Source of the DNA: Ginglymostoma cirratum
Lineage: Eukaryota
NCBI GenBank assembly: GCA_024137785.1
Contig: JAHRHZ010000038.1
Location: forward strand, 6,693,887 to 6,757,886
Direction of reading: 5' to 3'
Length of the DNA: 64,000 nt
The position numbers and the translations under genes were made by a program. This document shows, piece after piece, positions 38,995 through 51,780 of the stretch. A model generated the notes under the pieces. It searched no databases, was not told the DNA's origin, and worked only from the letters and a program-made list of their open reading frames with translations. Within the stretch, counting starts at the first letter, position 1. Every line of letters begins with the position of its first letter.

Positions 38995-41900
38995 TCCTGA
39001 GACTTCCTCCTCCTCCAGGACACCACAGTATCAGTTGGCCCAGCTTGCCTATAGGCCAGGGAATGCTACAGTTTGTTGAACACCCAGTGAGGTAGATCTT
39101 GACTTTGCGTGAATGTGTAAAATGGATATTAGCAATTTGACAGTTCGTTTGGCATCTCTCCCAATTGAAAGTCCATCAAATTACAATAACAATTTCTGAA
39201 AGTGGTTTTAACTCCCTGTTTGCTGGCAAAATGAAACAACATCACCAAGCTAAGTATGGAAAAATTTTTTTTTTGTCACCTACTATTTCCGGCATCATTC
39301 CTTCAAAAGACAATGATCTTTGCCAATATACCTACAACAAGCAATATTCCACAGAAATAAAGGGGACAACTTCTTCAGCAGTTTCTCTTGATTTCTCTTT
39401 TATGCTTTTGTTTACGGTAGAACTGAACAATTGTCTGATTATGGTAAATGCGAAATACTGCAAATGCTGGAAATCTAAAATGAAAGCACAAAGTGCCGGA
39501 GAAACCCAGCAGAACTGGGAGCATTATTGGACAGATAAACAGAATTCACATTTCAAGTCCAGTATGACTCATCTTCAGAACTGAAAGCAGGTGAAAAATG
39601 GTGGTTTTAGTACTGTTGACCGAGGGGTAGGAGGAATGAATGGGACTAAATTAATTAAAAGGGAGTGTTAATGATGGTAAAGGAGAGATAAAGATGTAAA
39701 ATGTGTGTAAATGAAGTAGAGATCCATGCTCAGTGCCTTGTGCTATCACATGGACACTCTCAAGCTGTCACTCTGTCAGCACTGCCCCACACTATCTCAA
39801 AGCTGTCCTGGTTCCCAGTTCCATTTCATTTTTTGCCTCGTTCGAAGTTTTAACGAGAAACTTTTTTTCTTCCTTTCAGGTGTTAAAGAATGCAAGCTCC
39901 AAAATCTCTTAGGTAGTAATGCCCCTCATTCCTCCAATTCCATTCCTTCTTCTAATCCCATCCCTTTCTGTGAATTCAGTGTATCTTCTGACCTTTCCCC
40001 TCTCTGATGCTGAATGATCTGTGCTCAGAAAATGACTCAGTTTTATCCTTTTACACCCCCATAACAAATTCAATGACATGATGTTGAACTCTTTTTCTAT
40101 CGCCTTCACCTCCCTGCCTGCGTCTTTGGACAAGAATTCTGTCTCTGCTACCTTGACCCTTTCATCCATCTCCATTACTCTCCCTCTGCTTGCACCCCTC
40201 CCCCTGGCCTTTTGCCTCTACTTGGTCTCTTCTTCGAGAGCTGCTGGCATGATAGCAGCCATCTCAATTTCTCCGCTTCCCTCACCTGCTTTAACTTGTC
40301 TCCCTCTGAATTTGATGTATTCCATTCTCTCGGCTATAACCATGACTTTAACCTGCTGCTAAGGGTGGTGCTGTTGTCAGCTGGTTTGCTGATCTCTACC
40401 TTCCAGAGGCTGAACAACAAATCTCAGAAACTTCCTCCATGTCCCCCTGGATCATCACCCCACCACTGAACTTTAGGATTGTCACTGACCTCATCTCCTC
40501 TGGAGATCTCTCCACAATATCCCACCCATATTCGCCCAATAAAACCCCGTCCCCTTTGAATGCCTTCTCAAAATCCACAAACAGAATTGTCCTGGTTGTC
40601 TTAGCCCAGCTGGACTTGTCTCTTCATATTTTGACTCTATTCTATTCCCCCTTATTCAGTCTATTCTCACATACTTTTATGATTCTTCTGACATTTTATG
40701 TCGATTCCACGATTTCCAGTTTACTGACCCTAGCTGCCTTCACTTCACCATCACAATGGTCTGAAGGCTCTCGCATTCTTCCTTTGAAAAGTGGCCTGAA
40801 AAATTCCCAACCACTACCTCCCTCCTTCACTTGGCTGAGCTCATTCTCAATTTGAACAAATTTTCCATTAACTCCTCTCACTTTCTCCAGGTCAATAGTG
40901 TGGTAAAGGGTACGCAACAGACCCCAGCGATTTCCCCTCTCTATGTGGGCTATGTGGAACATTTCTTGTTCCAGTCCTACTCAGGCCCTCACTAACAGCT
41001 CTTTCTCCAAAACATTGATGTTTTCGGTGTTGCTTTTGTCTGGTATTGGAAAGATTAAGCAATTTTGCTCAGATTTCCGTACTTTTCTCACCTTCGCCTG
41101 GTCTATTTCTGACTTTTCCCTTCTCTTCCTTGACTTTACTGTTTTCATTTATGGCAATAGTCTGTCACCCAATATCCACTACAAACCCACTGACTGCACA
41201 GTTACCCTGACCACATTTCTCCATACCTGACTTCTCACAAGGATTTAATTCCCTTTTCCCAGTTTCTTCGTTTCCATCGCATCTGTTCCGATAATGACAC
41301 TTTCCGCTGGATTGTCTCCAAAGTGTTCTCCTTTATCTTTAACCAAGGTTTTCACCTCCCCTCTCCCCTCACAGCACCCTCTCCCCCACTCACCGTGGCT
41401 CATAGAGTGCTCAACTGTGTCTGAGTCAATTCTCACACTTCTGTCCTTACCCCTTACTCTCCTTCTCAGAACAAAAGGGTTCCCCTTGTCCTCACATTTC
41501 ACCCCACCATTCCACCATCCCATGCATTCACAGGAGGTGAAATGCTTGCCCATTAACCTCCTCCTTTCTCAGTGCCCAAAGTCTCAACCACACCTTCCAG
41601 GTGAAGCAGCATTTTACTTGTACTTCTTTCAATCCAGTCTACAGCATTTGCTGCTCACAATGTGATCTCTTTTATATTGGTAAGACCAAACACAGACTGG
41701 ATGACTACTTTGCAGAGCACCTCCACGCTATCTGTACAAATGACCCTAACTTTCTTAACTTGGCATTTCAATAAACCCCTTGCTGTCATGCCAACATTTC
41801 CATCTTTTACCTTGGCTTCCACAATGTTCCACTGAAGCACAATGCAAGATCGAGGAACAACACCCCATTTTCGATTGATGCACCCATGCGGTCTCTAGGA

Positions 41901-42098
41901 CTCAATATTGAGTTCCACACTTTCAGAGAATGACTCTGTTCTCAATTTTTCTTACATTTTTCACGCTCCCCACTTGTTTTTTTTTGACTTTGCTCTCAGT
42001 AGAACGGACCCATTTTCTCCATTTTGCGTTAAGAGATAACAAGGTGTAGAGCTGGATGAACACAGCAGGCCAAGCAGCATCAGAGGAGCAGGAAGGCT

Positions 42099-42126
42099 GA
42101 CGTTTCGGGCCTAGACCCTTCTTCAG
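42099..42126 (-). ncRNA. Minimal type I hammerhead ribozyme motif
   Basis: Identical 28-mer to 15372-15399: CTGAAGAAGGGTCTAGGCCCGAAACGTC. Confidence 0.7.
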
Positions 42127-42477
42127 AAATGGGGGAGGGGAAGGGGCTTCTGAAATAAATAGGTAGAGAGGGGAGGCGGATAGAAGATGGATAGAGGAGA
42201 AGATAGGCGGAGAGGAGACAGACAGGTCAAAGAGGCGGGGATGGAACCAGTAAAGGTGAGTGTAGGTGGGGAGGTAGGGAGGAGATAGGTCAGTCCAGGG
42301 AGGACGGACAGGTCGAGGGCGCGGGATGAGGTTGGTAGGTAGGAGATGGGGTTGGGGCTTGAGGTGGGAGGAGGGGATAGGTGAGAGGAAGGACAGGTTA
42401 GGGAGGCGGGGACGAGCTGGGCTGGTTTTGGGATGCGGTAGGGGGAGGGGAGATTTTTAAGCTTGTGAAATCCACAT

Positions 42478-42555
42478 TTGTCGGCTGTGGGCGGAGTTGC
42501 ATCGGCAGTGGTGGGCTTGTCGGCTGTGGGTGGAGTTGCGTTGGCGGTGGTGGGC
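42478..42555. repeat. Tandem 39-bp GC-rich repeat, two copies
   Basis: TTGTCGGCTGTGGGCGGAGTTGCATCGGCAGTGGTGGGC and TTGTCGGCTGTGGGTGGAGTTGCGTTGGCGGTGGTGGGC. Confidence 0.95.
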
Positions 42556-44409
42556 ATTTTGCTTCTTAATTTACACCTATTGTACATATTTATATGCCTT
42601 TATCACCATTAGCAGTCTCCTTGTCTTTTGTTCTTGGTATCCTTACAATCTGTTCCACTTGCACCTCCTCCCTCTCTGTCAACAGAATAAAAAAAATTTT
42701 CCAGCTCCTTTCAGTTCCAAAGAAGAGTCATGCTGAACTTGAAATATTAACTTTGCTTTTCTCTCCACAGACGTTACCAGATCCATTGAGTTTCTGCAGC
42801 AATTTCTGTTTTCATGTCGGTGTTTTTAATTGAAAAACACATTTCACATATTTAAAACAAAACTAGAATTGTAATATTTACAATGAAACAATAGAGACAA
42901 TGGATAATTTGTATATAGGTGCGATTAATGCATTAGATTTAACAATAATCTATTCATACTGCTGTTTTGGTTTAAATCAATACATCTTTGTATTTGTTAT
43001 GTACTCTGAATGAAATGCTCATTCAAATACAATTCAATAAAAATAGCGAAGGACAGTTCCAAATAATCAACTTGAAATGTGAATTTCAGCTATAGCTCTG
43101 GGATATTAGAACATGTATTAAACAGTGGTCGAGGTGATCTTCTTCAAATATGTATGTAATGTTACTACCTGTGTGCACTGGTATTCATGTCACTGTGCTT
43201 TACAAACAGGAGTTTTTGGTAACCAAAACTTTTTTCATTCCTTTAAAATTTAAAAGTGGGATTGATATGTACATATAGAGCAGGCATTCAGTTTCCTTTT
43301 GCATCACATTAATAATTGTTAGTTTTTCTCCCTGATAAGCTGGTGTTTTGTAGAACTAGAAAGAGTTAGGGTGAATACTTTTAACCAACCCTTATCTTCT
43401 GACTTCATCTGAACCCTTGTAAATTGGTGGGTCTGAAAGGATATAAAATATACAGTTCAGTGCTTTTTGGAGATATTTTACAACAGAGAATAAGATACAG
43501 TATGTTGCAAATGTTATGGGCTACTGAAGGAGTAAGTTTAACAGTGCATCTGAGAGCCTTAACAATTTTACAGAGTCATTTTTACTTACTTCACATAACA
43601 TGTCTTTTGAAAATTCCTCATGCTTTTGTATAGATCTGTTTGATCATATTGCCTTCAGTTTTTAATCCATTTTTAAAAATCTCTTCAATGTTTCTGGTCC
43701 ATGAGGTTCATTCACCATATTGCAAATTCCTTCATCTGGGCAGGGATTCTCTGTGACTGTCATCGATGCTACCACTTGATTGATTAAAAAGCAACCTGAG
43801 GGGGTTAAGTGTCTTATCTTTCTTATTTTTGATTCCACTCCAAAATATCCACCCAGAGTAAGTCCCTATTGCTTCAACAATTCGCTGATAAAATTCACTC
43901 TCAATAATCACAGGTAACCTTGAAAGTTAGGAAACACTTCAAATCAGGGTCATGACAGTCTTGTTAAAATTTAAGTACTATATCCATCTCGGGTGACCAA
44001 CTTCTGATATCTGGAACCTGGGTTTCTTACTTCCTTTTCCAAATTCACTTGTAGACAGAGTCTGGGAATGTAATATTATTTGGGAGCTGGTGCATGTGCA
44101 TTTAACTTCAAGACAAATTATAAAATTAGGGCATGAGTTGTCAATATACTGCTAGTGTGCTGCAGCTGCATTGCTGTAATGTCATTTTGAATTTAGTCTT
44201 TAGAGGTGAATTGAAGGTTTCCTGATGGGCATTGTTTTACCTTTTATTTGGACCTAGAAATAAGTGACCAGATCCATTTCTGTTATCTTGATTTTAGCAA
44301 CTTCAAGAAACCATTAAAAGGTACTTGGATAAAACACTTTAAGTGTCATAACATTCAAGGCTAGTGAGGGAAAGTGTAGGCAGTAGTGTATTTTTGGTGG
44401 TACAGACTT

Positions 44410-45310
44410 AGTTTCAAATTTGTCCATGCTGACCAAATATCGTATATAAATCTAGTCCCATTTGCCAGCATTTGGCCCATATCTCTCTAAATCTTTCCTA
44501 TTCATATACCCATTCAGATACCTTTTAAATGTTGTAGTCATTCCAGCCTCCACCACTTCCCCTGGCAGCTCCAAACATGCACCACTCTCTGTGTGAAAAA
44601 GTTGCCCCTTAGGTCCCTTTTAAATCTTTCCCCTCTCATCTTAAACCTATGCTCTCTAATTTTGGACTCCCTTATCCTGGGGAAAAGACTTTGTCTATTT
44701 GCCCTATCCATGCCACTCGTGATTTTATAAACCTCTATGAGGTCATCCCACAGCCCCCAACGCTCCATGGAAGATAGCCCTACTCTATTCAACCTCTCTC
44801 TATAGCTCAAACCCTCCAAACCTGGCACCATCCTCATAAATCTTTTCTGAACTCTTTCTAGTTTCATCACATTCTTCCTATAGGAGGGAGACCAGAATTG
44901 TATGTAATACTCCAAAAGTGGCTGAACTAATGTCCTGTACAGCCGCAATATGACCACCCAACTCCTATACTCAATGAACTGACCAATAAAGACAAGCATA
45001 CCAAACACCTTCTTCACTATCCTATCTACCTGTGACTCCACTCTCAAGGAACTATGAACCAGCACCCCAAGGTCTCTTTGTTCAGAAACAGTCCCCAGGA
45101 CCTTACCATTTACACTATAAGTCCTGCCCCAATTTGCCTTTCTGAAATGCAGCACCTCACATTTATTTAAATTAAACTCCATCTGCCACTCCTTGGCCCG
45201 TTGGCCCATCTGATCAAGATCCCATTGTACTTTGAGGTAACCTTCTTTGCTGTCCACGACACCTCTAATTTTAGTGTCATCTGCAAACTTACTAACCATA
45301 CCTCTCGTGT
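44410..45310 (-). mobile_element. Young 5'-truncated CR1 LINE with uninterrupted RT C-terminal frame
   Basis: ORF 44538..45332 (264 aa): SKFADDTK, WQMEFNLNKCEVLHF, LEYYIQFWSP, LERVQKRF, RGNFFTQRVV. Confidence 0.96.
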
Positions 45311-45899
45311 TTGATGGACTGAGGGGCCTCATATGTTCTGTATGATTCAGTGAAACTCTACTGGCTAATTTTCTGCGCTAATATAAATGTGAACCTTTAC
45401 CATAACTTAGTGAAGAGAATTTTTCATACCGATTTCTTTTAAAAGTAGAGTTGCTGTATGGGTTTGAAAAGAACACTGTTTCACCAACATGTTTAGAAAT
45501 GTTACTTATCTTTCTAATTTTAGCAGTTTGTCTATTGGGAATAGCTGGTATTTCTGTTTGTTGTGTTTCCAGATAGCACTTTTGAAGGCTGTGTAAATGC
45601 AATTGAGTAATTGACTGGGGGTATCTTAGGTTTTGGTACCATCTGTGCTGTGAAAGCTCAGCTAGGAGGGTGCTGAAATTGCCATTTGGGACGAGGAGAT
45701 GAGCCAGCAACAACATTTTAAAAGTGTTTCTCATGTAAGATCACCTCCGGGGTAGTGTGATATTTACAAAGTTAGAAGGAAACGAATTTAGTGTGGAAGA
45801 TCAAGTGCACAATGGAAGAGATTTTTTAGCAGACTTATAATAGCAGGCAGAAAGCAAAATGGAGTGTTTTTGAGAGAAAATCCTAGAAAGCTGGATATA

Positions 45900-46580
45900 A
45901 TGGCAGAAAGATCAGTCTTCACTTACAGAGTGGAGAAATTGAGAACAAACAGTAATCAGGAGTTCGAGGAACAGAGGTTTCAGGCTATAACATATAGTTG
46001 AAGATGATTGCTTAGATAGGTTGGAGAAAGGCTACAGAGAGATTTGAAGGATGAACATTTTGAAGTTGATTTTCTGGACCACACAGAGTCTGTGAAGCTT
46101 TACAAAGATGGAGTGATAGATTTGCAACATTTTGTGCAGGAGAGGACAAAAAATCAGAGTTCTAAGTTAGCCAAAGTTTTTGAGAAAAACAGGTGGAAGA
46201 ACCAAAAATTATTCTTTGGGATGAAGAAAAGTATTTCAGCAGGCAGAGGAAGGTAAAGATTTGTGCTGGTAATATTCCAGTATGTAATATTGGTGACAGA
46301 CAGTATATGAGGTAAGAAGATCAACTCATGATCATACACAATACTGTGTACCACTGGATTCAAACCAAATGGGCAACTTTGGAGGTTGATGGAGTCAGAT
46401 CCCTAGGAATATAGTTATTGATGGGAACCATAAAGTTGGCTTTTCTTTTGCTAAGATTGAGCTGAAGGAAATTACAACTTCTCCAGAACTTGCAGGCTGG
46501 CAGGTTGTTGGTTAAAATGGTGATGTAGTGTTGGTTGTCTTCAAAGTACATGGTGGAAATTAACATGTAAGGGTGGATGC
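45900..46580 (-). mobile_element. Decayed L2-clade LINE RT end
   Basis: ORF 46360..46566 contains MYFEDNQHY (YADDTQLY-like) and NFLQLNLSK. Confidence 0.65.
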
Positions 46581-48199
46581 CCAGGCTGATTCAAGGACGG
46601 AGTTAGGGAGTAAATAAGACACACAAATGAAGAAACTGAGGCAATGTATTCACTAAATTTGGTAGAGATGGAGAATATTTGGAGAATATTTGGAGATATT
46701 ATTTGGAGAATAATGAAAGGGCAATGAGTCCTGCTGGAAATGTGAGAATGGAATTGGATGACAACAACATCAGGCTATGACACGACTCCACCACATAGGA
46801 CAATAATTGTCAAATAATACATATTCATGAGTAGGCTCTTGCATAAGGTAAGATTGCAAAGCCGGAAACATCAAAATGTACCCTAGTATGGAACCAAAGG
46901 TGTAGATTTTCAAGTTATCTCACAACGTCTGAAAACAGCAACAACCCAATTTTCGTTTCCAATTATGTCAATGGAACATAAATTCAATTTTTTAATGATA
47001 GTCTGCCAGTCCACAATACCAGCTGCATGTCAGGTGATAAACTGAAAATCTATTGCAATGACTTTGAGAAGGGTGGATATATTTGTTGGAGGGAAAAGAA
47101 AGGAAGCCAGCCCTGCGCAAGAAATTAAAGGTGACAATTAAAGACAAATATAGATACAGAGATAAGAAGTAATGAAAGCATGGATATTCTACAATTATAG
47201 ACCATGATACAAATATAGACAAATATACCTGCATACGTACTATAAAAGATAAATATAGAATCTGAGCTATGTGCATTGAGTAGGACAGATATATTGATAA
47301 AACAATTTGGGAGCCCTATGTCGCAAGTATTTTACACAAATGTACTTGACTGTTTATCTAACTAGTCATGAAGCTACCTGTGTCAAATGTTGCTGCTGTG
47401 AAACTTGGATTCATGGTATCTGTTGTTTGAAAGCTCTTTGGGACCAAATTGGCATTCTCTGTCTGTGTCACACTTATGGGACAAACTGCACTGGTTCTGC
47501 CATTTTGATCAAGTTTTTCAGAGGTTGCACGCCAAATGGCCACTGGATGTATTCAGAACAGGCAGATCATGACTTCAGTTAGCATACGATGTTGATTTAA
47601 ATCAGATGTGCCATTTTAGACCGCAATACTCAATTTATTTCTCTCCGTCCTCTCACAGCTAAACAGGTGTTTAGCAGGAGAATGGACTTGCAAACTGCAG
47701 TATATAATGGATCATCAGCCACTTACAAGTTAGTTGCTGGCTGATATTTTTCCGGCCGTTGCTTCACATTTACAAGTGTTTAAGTTGTTTAACATAGCAC
47801 ATTCCACTATAATTCTGTAATGTTTGCAGTAGGTCTTTTTGCTGAGTTTAAGACCTTTGCGCAAACAGGTTGCTCCCAGGCAAGAGTACATAAATAGCCA
47901 TTCTCTTTGGAATACAGCATTACTTGTACAGAGTCATGCACAGCATTGAGGCTGTAGAAGAGAGAGGAGTAAGACAGAGTGAAGGGCTCCCAGTAGAAGG
48001 CTATATCTGCTCAGGTAGTTCAGAGAACAATTTTTCAACCTGATCCTGAGTGAATCATTGTGTGGTTGTGTCTGTGTTTCAGCATTCAGGTCCTTACTGA
48101 AGCATATGATTTCACAGAGTGCAGGCTACCTGATACTCAAAGCACATTGGCCACATGCATTCAGCTTTAGAACACTGCACACCAATTATGTCTTAAATT

Positions 48200-48480
48200 G
48201 GAACAAAAAGAGCTCCACTCCTTCAAAGTGCAGCTAATCTATCCAGGCAGCAAATTAAGCAGGTCAGTGCCCTATACCCTGACAGCCATCACGATGCCTT
48301 CGTTCTATGGCAGCCTGCTGTGCCATCTGCATTCAAACCACAATGGCAAACCAGCGGCTAACAAGGTTATCTACAAACAACATGGCCTATGACTCTGATG
48401 CACAATAGAGACACATGTGCACAAATACAGACAAAGAAATCCATGCTGTCACATGAAATGTGGCACAGCAAGCCTTTGAT
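48200..48480 (+). mobile_element. Possible RTE-clade 3' remnant
   Basis: Weak QL.., FYG.L and G.P...YK traces only. Confidence 0.3.
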
Positions 48481-48987
48481 GTATGGAAACGACGCTTCCT
48501 GGAGGAGCACTGCAGTATCACCAGAGAATGTGTCACAATTTCTGGTTGCCTCCTTTATGATGCATGATCTTACTGTTATGATTTTAAAAACTTCTTACAT
48601 GGGAAGTGAGGGGACTACCTGCTACCAGCTATCTGGCCATCAGCTCGGTGGAGGGTGAGCAGGAGGAATGTGAGCACAGAAGAGTAAGAAAAATAAATTA
48701 GAAGGCAACTTAGATCTCTTTTTGGTAGGCTGTCCATGAAAAATTCATCTGACTAAGATATCAGTAACTCCAAACCCAATTCCCTATTCACCGTTGCCCC
48801 TAATCCCACTTACTTTTCTTCTGTCATTAATGACTATAACATCTGTTCAGCCACAATGTAAACAATGAAAGCACGCCACATTAAATATTGCAAATCAAAC
48901 TGGTGTGAAACCATTCATATTGGGCACAAAAGTCAACTATCTACGTGCATTTCCTTAGTACCTGACATCCATATAGATATTTCTAAT

Positions 48988-49090
48988 CAACCTATTCAGC
49001 TATAAAATGACACACCTCTGGAGCAGGTAGGACTTGAATGTGAAACTCCAGGACCAGAGGTAGGGACTTCCCATTACATCACAAGAGCCT
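48988..49090 (-). mobile_element. Short tRNA-derived SINE
   Basis: Minus strand GCTCTTGTGATGTAATGG...TTCAAGTCCTACCTGCTCCAGAGGTGTGTCA has an A/B-box-like layout. Confidence 0.5.
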
Positions 49091-50099
49091 GTCTGACCTC
49101 TTATATATTTTTTCCCATCCTAGTGTTCCTGGAAGAATCGCCTTGTTGACTGCAGCCAAACAGGTGAAAAACAGCTGGTTTTCAGTGGGAAGACACAGAT
49201 GGCCTTACTGGATATGTTGATCAGTTCTGGGTCTGGGAAACCATGTTACAGTTTGTACCAATTTGATATGGGTGTCAGCAGTCTGAATGCTGGCTGCCAG
49301 ACAACAGCAAAAGCAATGGTAGAGCGAATGCTGTCTTCCTCAGACAGAGCAACATGTTCATGCTTTACAGAGTCACTGACAGATACCATGGCTCAGCAAT
49401 CCTAGTAATCCACTGGAGAACAGGTTAGTGGGCTGCTGTAATACCTACTAGCTCCTGTGAATACTAATTGACAACTATGATGACAGCAGTCTGAGTTTGC
49501 TTGGTTTCAGTTTGTGCTTCAAGTGGAAGCTACCTGTGCTGGAACATAAGTTAAGGCCATCAGATGCTCCATCAGACTTGGGTCCAGAAGTGTCCTGATG
49601 GAATTAGTTGTCATATTCAATGTTGAGCTTTCTTCCAGCTCATCTTCACAAGAAGGAAGGCTTGTAATGTTCCTGGATGCACACTAGTGCACCGACCAAG
49701 TAGCAAAGCACACCAGTGGAGAAGCATTTAAATACAGTGCAAAACACAGTAAACATGTGACCTGCAGTGCAATCTAAAGGATCAAATGATCAGGTCTGAA
49801 GAAGAGGAAGGAGAAGGAGGAGAAAGCAATGTAATTATTCTTTGTGCATTGATCCAATAGTTGACGACAAAAACTGCAGAAAGTTAAGGAATGAACCTCA
49901 TTGAGAAATAATAAGAAACAGTCAAAATAACAAGACGTAAACTGAGGTCTAGTTATAACTATTCGCTTATGTAGCATACAATTATAATATATCAAGCTAA
50001 TTCTCATTGTTAAGACTTCCTTAATAACAGATTCCAGCAGTTTCCTGCTGATTGATATTAGGCAACCAGCCCTTTTATCTCTCTCCCTTTTGTCTTTCA

Positions 50100-51780
50100 G
50101 TTTCTAAATTCCAAACTGCAGTAACTGTTCCAGAATCTAGGGAATTTTGGAAAATTATAGTATACATACCCATTGTATCAAGCTATCTCTTTTGGAACTC
50201 TAGAATTTAGGCCTTGAGAGATTTTGTCAGATTGTAGTCATTTGAGTTTAACCAGTAATTTTTTCTCTGCTGATGTTAATTACATTAATTTTGACATTCT
50301 TTTTAGTCCTTAGGTTATTCCTGGTATTCAACTTGACTGTGTCTTCACAGTAAAAGTCACAAAATATTTGTTTAAAGTCTCTGCTATTTCCTCATTTTCT
50401 ACAATGATTTCTCCTGTATTTGCTGCTAACAAATCAATATTTACTTTGTTACCCTCTGCCTTTTTATATAAGTGCCAATTTTTTTTTACAATCTTCTTTC
50501 TTATTTCCCAGCAAGCTTTAACTCTTATGTGCTTCCACGACAGGAAGCTGTCATATAAGCATTGAATAAACTCATTATCAAGACCACCTTTATCAGTTTG
50601 ATTGGTCCAGAGACAAAAAAAAACTGTAGATGCTAGAATCCAATGTAGATAAACAGGAGGCTGGAAGAACACAGCAATCCAGGCAGCATCTGCAGGAAAG
50701 GAGATGTCGATGTTTTGGGTATTACCTGAAATGTTGACTTCTCCTTTCCTCCGTATGCTGCCTGGCTTGCTGTGTTCTTCCAGCCTCCTGATTGGTCCAG
50801 TTGACATGTAGATTACAGCCCTCCACAACTGCTGCATTTCTTTTGATACAAACTTAAATAGTTTCTTGATTAGTACTCTTGGTTAGATATCACTTGGGGA
50901 GTGCATAAACTACCACCATAACATTTCTAACCATTGCTATTCACAATTTCCACCCCTACTCAATCTACCTCATCAAATCCAAGGTCCTTTCTCACAAATG
51001 ACATCTCTTGATATCAGGGTTACCACCCACATGTACCAGCCCCTTCCATTTGGCCTGTCTCACGACTTCATCTATCCTTTTGATGGTGCTTAACGCACCC
51101 ACATGAAGTATCTTTTAATATTTAGTCGAGACCTTGGTCTGTCGCGCACTGCTACAGTTAAATTCTTTTCCTTCCTGTCCCACTCAGCTTGTTGTTATCC
51201 ACATAGATATGCCTTTCTATTGCCTCTGCTTTTATTTTGGATTTCTAAATATCCCTTCACCTAAACCCTTTGTTAGTTAAATGACATTTCCTTTGCTCTG
51301 ACCATATTTGCTGGGCTCTTTTGATTGTATGCATTGTCTGTTCCTGTTTCATTCTGATTACTATTACCCACATTGCTAGTCTATATTATTTCCTTGTCCT
51401 TTCTCAACTTTCCAAATCTCACTCACCCCTTAGACTATTTAGCTTTAAACCCACTCTGCAAGCTTGGTTATATGACCTTCTAAAACACAGTTAAGATTAA
51501 GCATGGTTAAGGTGAAAACCATCCTAATGATACAGCTCCCTTTTGCCTTAGTACAGCTGGCAAAACCTCACGGATTGACCCCATTTCTCCAACACCAATC
51601 TAAAGCCATGCATTCAACTCTCTAACTTTGTTTACCTTATGCCAGTTTTACTTGTGCTTCTGATAGTAATCCAGACATTACCTTTGTGCTGCTGCTTTAA
51701 TTTAGACTGTAGCTGCTCATTTCCCTCAGTAGGACATGTTTCTTAGTCCTATCTATGTTGTTGGTACCTGAGTAACTCTC
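50100..51780 (-). mobile_element. Decayed CR1 LINE, 5' half (ORF1 esterase-like, endonuclease, linker)
   Basis: EEIAETLNKYFV (ORF 50328..50837), VVVYALPS (GVxYRPP-like, about 50900), and LKQQHKGNVWIT near 51680, which frameshifts into a KVxSGLL motif like that of the CR1 ORF1 esterase. Confidence 0.75.
50611..50788. mobile_element. Fold-back Penelope pLTR nested in CR1
   Basis: Inverted arms centred on GGGTATTACCT. TSD TGATTGGTCCAG at 50599-50610 and 50789-50800. Confidence 0.9.

Larger units (their letters stand above)
42032..42555 (-). mobile_element. Young internally deleted Penelope copy nested in the older element's 3' pLTR
   Basis: CpG-rich pLTR with an intact core, the ORF end (NVDFTSLKIS), then two 39-bp repeats. 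CATTTTGC occurs on both flanks. Confidence 0.88.
39445..42820 (+). mobile_element. Near-full-length decayed Penelope-like retroelement (RT plus GIY-YIG) with inverted 5' pLTR and direct 3' pLTR
   Basis: PAAKGGAVV (PADKG motif, about 40352), KIHK (about 40570), GYVE (about 40950), IHYKPTD (about 41175), SQFLRFHRICS (about 41260), and FTCTS...YIGKTKHRL...FAEHL (41610-41725). Hammerhead-like cores at 39546-39578 (minus) and about 42717-42750 (plus). Confidence 0.9.

Noticed and set aside
44538-45332. 264-aa ORF as a functional or domesticated RT gene
   Set aside because: It begins only at the FADD motif and lacks the upstream RT domains. It is a truncated CR1 copy whose start codon comes from flanking DNA.
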